DNA from: Macrostomum lignano
Lineage: Eukaryota
Length of the DNA stretch: 64,000 nucleotides
Direction of reading: 5' to 3'
Assembly: GCA_002269645.1 (NCBI GenBank)
Contig: NIVC01000291.1
Location: 558,001-622,000, forward strand
Shown here: positions 56,601-64,000 of the stretch, piece after piece
Layout of the letters: every line of letters begins with the position of its first letter
Position numbering within the stretch: position 1 is the first letter of the stretch
Translations under genes and position numbers: made by a program
Notes under the pieces: generated by a model
What the model was told of the DNA's origin: nothing
The model's input: only the letters and a program-made list of their open reading frames with translations
Database searches by the model: none

Positions 56601-57030
56601 CACTGACTGACACTGATACTACTGACACTGACTGACACTGATACTGACACTGACACTGACACTGACTGACACTGACACTGACACTGACTGACACTGACAC
56701 TGACTGACACTGACACTGACTGACACTGACACTGACTGACACTGACACTGACTGACACTGACACTGACTGATACTGACACTGACACTGACACTGACTGAC
56801 ACTGACACTGACACTGACACTGACACTGACACTGACTGATACTGACACTGACACTGACACTGACTGACACTGACACTGACACTGACTGACACTGACTGAC
56901 ACTGACACTGACACTGACTGACACTGACACTGACTGACACTGACTGACACTGACACTGACACTGACTGACACTGACACTGACTGACACTGACTGACACTG
57001 ACACTGACACTGACTCACACTTACACTGGT
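53690..57030. repeat. Compound (ACTG)/(ACACTG) microsatellite, about 3.3 kb
   Basis: gactgacact 10-mers mixed with gacact 6-mers and gatacct variants. Confidence 0.98.
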
Positions 57031-57395
57031 GCATTGATCAGAATTCAAACCTATGTGAAAATCTTACAAATACACTATTTAAATCCATTACTCAAATAAG
57101 TTGAAATCCGGCAATTACAAATTCAGTTTTACATGTACAGTTACATTAACAAGAGAAGGTCTTTTATCCGCATTTCAATAATTACCAGAATTTTGCAGGT
57201 GTATCTTAAGCAGAAAGCATCTACAGTAAATATCCGAGTTAAAAAAAATAAAGAGCAGATTTACCCTACACTGCCCATCGGGATCCCCAGGCAGCCCCAC
57301 TTGATTCCCCATTTTCAAAATTTTGGGCAATGAATGAAAAAACATGTCCGGTTTTGGAGTCACAAGAATCGATAAGGTCCCGCTGAAGACGGCAC

Positions 57396-57677
57396 TCAGC
57401 TGAGCTCAGTCTCATCCTCCACCTTCAGCCGCTGGCTCTGAGCCTCCATGGCCGGTCGGCGGAAGCTGACGACTGTGTGGAAGCGGGCCGGATCGGCCGC
57501 TGCCTGACGCGCCTGCTCAGCCTCCACGTCCTTCATCGTCTGTAGCTCGCGGTCCAAATGCTGAATGTCTTCTCTGGCCATGCGCAGATGGCTCAGCGCC
57601 GATGAGGCTTCCAGCTTCCCGATTCGCTGGTAGACACCGAGAGTCTTCATCTGGAGGATTTCGGGTGCTCGTCAGCA

Positions 57678-57710
<33 letters not shown>

Positions 57711-57751
57711 GTCTGTTTGTGTGTGTGTCTGTCTGTCTGTGTGTCTGTTTT

Positions 57752-57841
<90 letters not shown>

Positions 57842-57842
57842 G

Positions 57843-57881
<39 letters not shown>

Positions 57882-57899
57882 AGAGTGTCTCTGTCTGCC

Positions 57900-57960
<61 letters not shown>

Positions 57961-58124
57961 GTCTGTCCGCTCACCTGCAGCTCCCGCGGCAGGGACATAA
58001 TCTTGTCCTCGATCTCCTTCTCCGAGTAGATGCGGCGCGGCAGGGCGCCCCCCGACAGGGCCGGCTGGTGCGGTGGCTTCGGGTTGCTGGGCTCAGAGGA
58101 GGCCTTGGCTGAGAAGAGCGGCAT
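57396..58124 (-). CDS. Uncharacterised small coiled-coil protein; two supported exons, true ends uncertain
   Basis: Minus-strand exons 58124-57975 (donor CAG|GTGAGC) and 57650-57396 (acceptor ctccag|ATG), phase 0/0, with GC3-rich codons like the other genes. Peptide ...[64 protein letters not shown]... No family recognised. Confidence 0.55.
57678..57966. repeat. (TCTG)n microsatellite filling the intron of the small minus-strand gene
   Basis: TCTG run with TG variants. Confidence 0.95.
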
Positions 58125-58377
58125 GGCTATGGCCGTGGAAACTGCGGATCTGCTGGAGTCAAATGATTGATAGTTTAGTATTTAGAATTATGCAAATGAT
58201 TATTTTGATCCTTTAGATCGATTAACCTTCTTAGGAAGTTTACAGGTGAAGCTGGCGGGCTCAAAGGCAGGAGAGCTCATGGATAGCATTTTTATGCTCT
58301 CATGCCGGATTAACGCGCAGCCAGCCAATCAGAAGCCGTTATTTGCCCACTCTCAGTGGAGAGTCGGATAATGTCCC

Positions 58378-59472
58378 TCAACTCCCTCATCCACCCCACA
58401 GAATCTCCCTCATCCACCTCACAGAATCTCCCTCATCCACCTCACAGAATCTCCCTCATCCACTCCACAGAATCTCCCTCATCCACCTCACAGAATCTCC
58501 CTCATCCACCTCACAGAATCTCCCTCATCCACTCCACAGAATCTCCCTCATCCACCTCACAGAATCTCCCTCATCCACCTCACAGAATCTCCCTCATCCA
58601 CCTCACAGAATCTCCCTCATCCACCTCACAGAATCTCCCTCATCCACCTCACAGAATCTCCCTCATCCACCTCACAGAATCTCCCTCATCCACCTTACAG
58701 AATCTCCCTCATCCACCTCACAGAATCTCCCTCATCCACCTCACAGAATCTCCCTCATCCACTCCACAGAATCTCCCTCATCCACCTCACAGAATCTCCC
58801 TCATCCACCTCACAGAATCTCCCTCATCCACATCACAGAATCTCCCTCATCCACCTCACAGAATCTCCCTCATCCACCTCACAGAATCTCCCTCATCCAC
58901 CTCACAGAATCTCCCTCATCCACCTCACAGAATCTCCCTCATCCACCCCACAGAATCTCCCTCATCCACCTCACAGAATCTCCCTCATCCACCTCACAGA
59001 ATCTCCCTCATCCACCTCACAGAATCTCCCTCATCCACCTCACAGAATCTCCCTCATCCACCTCACAGAATCTCCCTCATCCACCTCACAGAATCTCCCT
59101 CATCCACCTCACAGAATCTCCCTCATCCACCTTACAGAATCTCCCTCATCCACCTCACAGAATCTCCCTCATCCACCTCACAGAATCTCCCTCATCCACC
59201 TCACAGAATCTCCCTCATCCACCTCACAGAATCTCCCTCATCCACCCCACAGAATCTCCCTCATCCACCTCACAGAATCTCCCTCATCCACATCACAGAA
59301 TCTCCCTCATCCACCTCACAGAATCTCCCTCATCCACCTCACAGAATCTCCCTCATCCACTCCACAGAATCTCCCTCATTCACTCCACAGAATCTCCCTC
59401 ATCCACTCACAGAATCTCCCTCATCCACTCCACAGAATCTCCCTCATTCACTCCACAGAATCTCCCTCATCC
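58378..59472. repeat. Minisatellite, 23-bp unit x about 47 (left arm)
   Basis: Unit ccacctcacagaatctccctcat. Confidence 0.97.
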
Positions 59473-60335
59473 TTGACTTAGTCTTAGCTGCAGGGGGCGT
59501 CCGGCGGATGCAGCGAGGAGGCGGAGGAGACCGCCCATTCCGCTAGCCCCTGGCGACCAGTGACTTCCGTTGAAGTGGTGTCGCTCAGGGGGACCAGTCG
59601 GTCTCGCCTGCAGCGCGGTCCTCCTCACCGACGGTGGGGAAGAAATCAGCTCGTCCCGTGTCCCTGAGGTACCGGGCGAGCAGCGGGATGCTCTCGGGCC
59701 TGCAAACGTCGGAGAGAACCGGGTTTGGCCCGAGGTGAGTAAGCCTGGCCCTGGTGAAAACCGGGCAGTGGCAGATAAAATGCTCGGCGTTTTCAATGCC
59801 TGAGCGGCAGAAGGGGCACCGCTCCTCGGGTACTTGGCCCTGAAGGAAGCGGTGGCGAGAGAAGCAGTCATGCACAGAGAGGGCCATGCTAACTGCTCTG
59901 AGGTCTCTGTGGTTGAGCCTGAGGAGGGCTCTACGCAGGAGAGGAGAGGGGCAGGGGACGGCCGCACGGGATTGCCTACACCTCGCTCTGAAAAACACTG
60001 GAGTTGAGCCCAGTGTGCTGGGAGTAGCTCCACACCACTTCTCCCTTGAAGAAGGCGCAAGCTCCGAAGCCTGAAAGACCATGCCTCATGGAGCCGTCGG
60101 TGTAACAGTGGACTTCAGAACCGCTTCAGCTGTCACTCGCCTCGTGTCGAGGCTGAACAGTGACCTTATACCTTTGGTTCAGGAGAAGGGTGGCTGGGAT
60201 CGAGTCCGTGAGGATGTTGAGCCCGCAACACTCCTCAAGAGCCTTGAGGCAGAGGTCAGAGTGCGGGATAAGCGACCGCTTCTTAAAGGCCCGCACTTTC
60301 TTGAAGGCCACCCCAGCATCCAGAAGACGCTCACC
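59473..60335 (-). mobile_element. 5'-truncated, internally deleted non-LTR retrotransposon (RNase H + CCHC; I/R1-group-like)
   Basis: Minus strand VHCYTDGS...G.G...SVFQSEV (RNase H N-terminus), then [32 protein letters not shown] (CCHC knuckle), [10 protein letters not shown]. The 3' end has a short ctaagactaagtcaa tail at 59473-59490. Confidence 0.82.
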
Positions 60336-61432
60336 GAATCTCCCTCATCCACTTCACAGAATCTCCCTCATCCACTCCACAGAATCTCCCTCATCCACTC
60401 CACAGAATCTCCCTCATCCACTTCACAGAATCTCCCTCATCCACTTCACAGAATCTGGGCATCCACTTCACAGAATCTCCCTCATCCACTCCACAGAATC
60501 TCCCTCATCCACTCCACAGAATCTGAATCTCCCTCATCCACCTCACAGAATCTCCCTCATCCAACCCACAGAATCTGAATCTCCCTCATCCACCTCACAG
60601 AATCTCCCTCATCCACCTCACAGAATCACCCTCATCCACCCCACAGAATCTGAATCTCCCTCATCCACCTCACAGAATCTTCCTCATCCACTCCACAGAA
60701 TCTGAATCTCCCTCATCCACCTCACAGAATCTCCCTCATCCAACCCACAGAATCTGAATCTCCCTCATCCACCTCACAGAATCTCCCTCATCCACTCCAC
60801 AGAATCTGAATCTCCCTCATCCACCTCACAGAATCTCCCTCATCCAACCCACAGAATCTGAATCTCCCTCATCCACCTCACAGAATCTCCCTCATCCACC
60901 TCACAGAATCTCCCTCATCCACCCCACAGAATCTCCCTCATCCACATCACAGAATCTCCCTCATCCACCTCACAGAGTCTCCCTCATCCACTCACAGAAT
61001 CTCTCTCATCCACTCACAGAGTCTCCCTCATCCACTCACAGAATCTCCCTCATCCACCTCACAGAATCTCCTTCATCCACCTCACAGAATCTCCTTCATC
61101 CACCTCACAGAATCTCCCTCATCCACCTCACAGAATCTCCCTCATCCACCTCACAGAATCTCCCTCATCCACCCCACAGAATCTGAATCTCCCTCATCCA
61201 CCTCACAGAATCTCCCTCATCCACCCCACAGAATCTGAATCTCCCTCATCCACCTCACAGAATCTCCCTCATCCACCTGACAGAATCTCCCTCATCCACC
61301 CCACAGAATCTGAATCTCCCTCATCCACCTCACAGCATCTCCCTCATCCACCTGACAGAATCTCCTTCATCCACTCACAGAATCTCCCTCATCCACTCAC
61401 AGAATCTCCCTCATCCACTGACAGAATCTCCG
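60336..61432. repeat. Minisatellite, 23-bp unit (29-bp variant), right arm
   Basis: Same unit as 58378-59472, plus variants with an extra tgaatc and cacttcac. Confidence 0.96.
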
Positions 61433-61814
61433 AAACGATTGAAGGCGGCTGCCAGAATGAAGATCACTCACAGCCATAAATTTCTAACAATACTGAAAGC
61501 AAAAGTCCTTTGCTACTATCAGTAGGCTGAAATGCTGAACAGCAGGGCATAGCAGCGGCACAGGGCATTGCTCAACAGCCAGTTGCAGAGCGGCAGACAA
61601 TTCAGAGACTCTCACGGAACTCCCTTCTCCACCCTCCCCATTTCCTCAAAGCCGGTGTACACTCTCCCGTACTCATTCTCATGCTCATGGAATGAAAACA
61701 GACTTGAGAACGGTGGTTACCGTGACAACCTGTGTACAGGGGGGGGGGGAATGAAGAGGCACTGATGAAGCTTACAGCTGCTTTACCTCCGATATAGGCT
61801 GAAAATTCCTCAAC

Positions 61815-61920
61815 AGAAAGACTCAGGTCAAGAAGGATTCGAACTCAAACTACTCGCAATACCAGCGTCGGAAATACGCAGCTCGCCATGAGTCACTCGC
61901 TGAAGTACTCGGTGCTGGCC
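61815..61920 (-). mobile_element. tRNA-like (Pol III) head, probable SINE remnant
   Basis: Reverse complement contains ggccagcaccgag...gagttcgaatcc (B box); no complete cloverleaf. Confidence 0.4.
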
Positions 61921-62585
61921 GTGGGCGCCCAGCCGTGGGCGTGGGTGCATGTGCTGTACATTGGGGTAGCCACAATGCGGAAGCACATATTAAATTGTGA
62001 TCCTTATTACTGTGTGGAATTTGTGCATCACCGATGCATTCACTGAGTTGCGAACAATCAAGTAACAGCTCCGGTAGAATTTGCACTTTTCATTTCCATC
62101 ACCTTCGAGTACATGCACCTGAAAGCTGCCTGAAAATTTGTCTTTGTAGATGTTTTTGTCATGTATTTCATTATCCAATGCAATTGATAAAGTCGCTGAA
62201 TATTGTATTGCAAAATTTATTTATAAATAAACGAAAAAGATAAAATAAAATAAATGCTATTATTGTGCATTCTATACACTCGTAAATGTACATGTATTAA
62301 TGGAATAACTTTCAAAAACAACCAAAATGTGTGCAAAAAGAAGAGAACCCGCGCATATAAATATCTAAATCCGTATATAAATACCACTGCAACACTTCAG
62401 GTATGCGCGCAAGAATCTCGCGCATAAGACGTACATGTACATGTACATAAACAGTTGTCCAAAGTCAAGGTTCCCGCGCTAGCAATAACTGCATAATTAA
62501 AGAGTTTCAAGAGTCAATTTAAATATCGAGTTGCACCATGACAATTTACTCATTTAATATTTCATTTTCGTAACTTCAGTTACAA

Positions 62586-64000
62586 CCCACTGAAAAAATT
62601 GCTAGCGGGCCACTAGCGGGAGCCGCTTGCAGGCCGCTATCGGGCCGCCTTTCGGGGTGTCTCGAGCGCCGCTAGCGGCCCGCTTAAGTGGCCCGATAGC
62701 GGCTGGCCGCTTGATTTCCACTTTTCCACCATATTACCGCCTAGTTGCCGATATTGCCAAGCGACGCATCCGAGAAAATCCAATTTACTATGCATTCGTG
62801 AATTAAGTGTAAACATGTATTTTGTACTCCTATTAGAAATTATTGGATTGTTGACGCAATGCTATTTTTATTAAGTAAATAATTAACAAGGTCATGTTTT
62901 ATGCATATCATATAAGATTAAACTCTTCTAGGTATGCCTCTAGCATTTACTTACATGTCGATACAAAACTCTGTTATTTAAATATGCATTTATTTATACA
63001 AGCTACACACGCAGGTAATTCAAATGATATAACAAAAGTTGCAGAACAAGAAACTTTGTGCAGAACAGTACGAATGGCTCAGCATAAGAATTTACCAAAA
63101 AACATGCACAAAAGTTAACAGACGGCTCGAAGTTCTACTTTTAAGGGAAAATAAAGAAACATTTTTCTTTAGATTAAACTAGCGCATTAACCCCCATGGG
63201 GGCATTTCAAATTCAAAATTCAAACAAATTGAAAGCATTAAAAAATTGTTTTTTGAATATTTGACCCACTGTCGGGAATAGGGAATCGCGAGCAAATTAG
63301 TATATAGAAAGATTTTCGCACGATAGGGACTTCAACTGAGATCTACTTAAGACGAGTCAACGAGGGGAAGATGACAAACTCAGTTGACGTGGGAAAGCAT
63401 ATTGCTTTGTTGGATGGGAAACCAGTAACATGCTGTTTTGATTTAGCAAAATATCCTATTCCAAGCTAGACTGCGTGAAGGGTAAGGGAAATGTTACAGA
63501 TCCTTTCGAAAAATCAATTTAAAGCCTGAAACCGAACCATCCAAATGAATAGCATTGATCATAACAGGAGAACCGTTGACAATGGCAAAATTATCAGGCT
63601 TTGCAGTGGAGAAACAAAACTTACATTTTTTATCAACTCGCAAATTTAAACTTCGCAATTCAACAAGCTGGTTCATAGCATGCGACATTATACCTCTAGT
63701 GCATCTAATTCGACGTTTGAGCATTCAAGAAAATTTTCAAAAGGAAAGGCAGAAAAATTAGACAGGGGTCCATATTGTAGGACAAATTCGTAAGGATGGA
63801 GAAGCAAATGACTGTTATATGATACACAACGTTCATCAAAATTAGTGGGTAGACCGGCAACAAACAACTCCATACATCTATGTGCATGTGCATACAAGTC
63901 TGAATAGTTACTAGAAGAGAAAACGTAATAGGCAAAATGCAGAAGAAGAAACTGGTTAAAAAGTTACAGATAAAAATTTACCAAATAAAAAGGGACCAAA
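62586..64000 (-). mobile_element. End of a CMC/CACTA(EnSpm)-type transposon extending beyond the window
   Basis: Terminus cccactgaaaaaatt at 62586 followed by GC-rich subterminal inverted motifs (gctagcgg, ccgctatcgggcc / ggcccgatagcgg); a transposase remnant points toward this end. Confidence 0.6.
63343..64000 (-). pseudogene. CACTA/EnSpm-type transposase C-terminal remnant (frameshifted)
   Basis: FNQFLLLHFAYYVFSS..YAHAHRCMELFV, SYNSHLLLH..FVLQYGPLSNFSAFPFENFL, FSTAKPDNFAIVNGSPVMINAI, YPSR..SLGIG, KAICFP..FVIFP: the motif order typical of animal EnSpm-like transposases. Confidence 0.82.

Noticed and set aside
53698-57048. Ser/Val/Gln/Cys-rich ORFs up to 1116 aa
   Set aside because: Microsatellite translation open in three frames.
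61761-61860. Hammerhead-like CTGATGA-stem(agctta/taggct)-GAAA
   Set aside because: Stem II is plausible, but no arrangement gives both a stem III with NUH and a paired stem I.

Overview
Eukaryotic (metazoan) genomic DNA, not prokaryotic. GC-rich exons, GT-AG introns packed with locus-specific mini/microsatellites and RTE-type LINE debris resemble a free-living flatworm such as Macrostomum; this is inference from sequence style only. Spliced gene models were built by hand with consistent exon phases: the last exon of an Abl-like kinase (F-actin-binding C-terminus, 186-1249 +), mitochondrial translation initiation factor IF2 (6 exons, +), a compact and divergent Rel/NF-kB-like transcription factor (7 exons, +), HGH1 (4 exons, -), a myosin phosphatase targeting subunit PPP1R12/MYPT (10 exons, +) and a small unknown coiled-coil gene (-). 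More than 25 tandem arrays are present, and they account for most long ORFs in the supplied track, which are artefacts. Mobile DNA includes hAT- and MULE-like MITEs with intact TSDs (one nested in another), tRNA-derived SINEs, an RTE remnant with an internal inversion, an RNase H-bearing LINE inside a minisatellite, a 6.6-kb CCC...GGG CACTA-like element that has grown a 103-bp satellite, and a CACTA transposase remnant at the window end. The most interesting items are the Rel protein with a non-canonical DNA-recognition loop and a CCAAT-box array directly upstream, and three degenerate copies of the 28S rRNA H69-H71 (R2 target) sequence inside MYPT introns that share derived substitutions.
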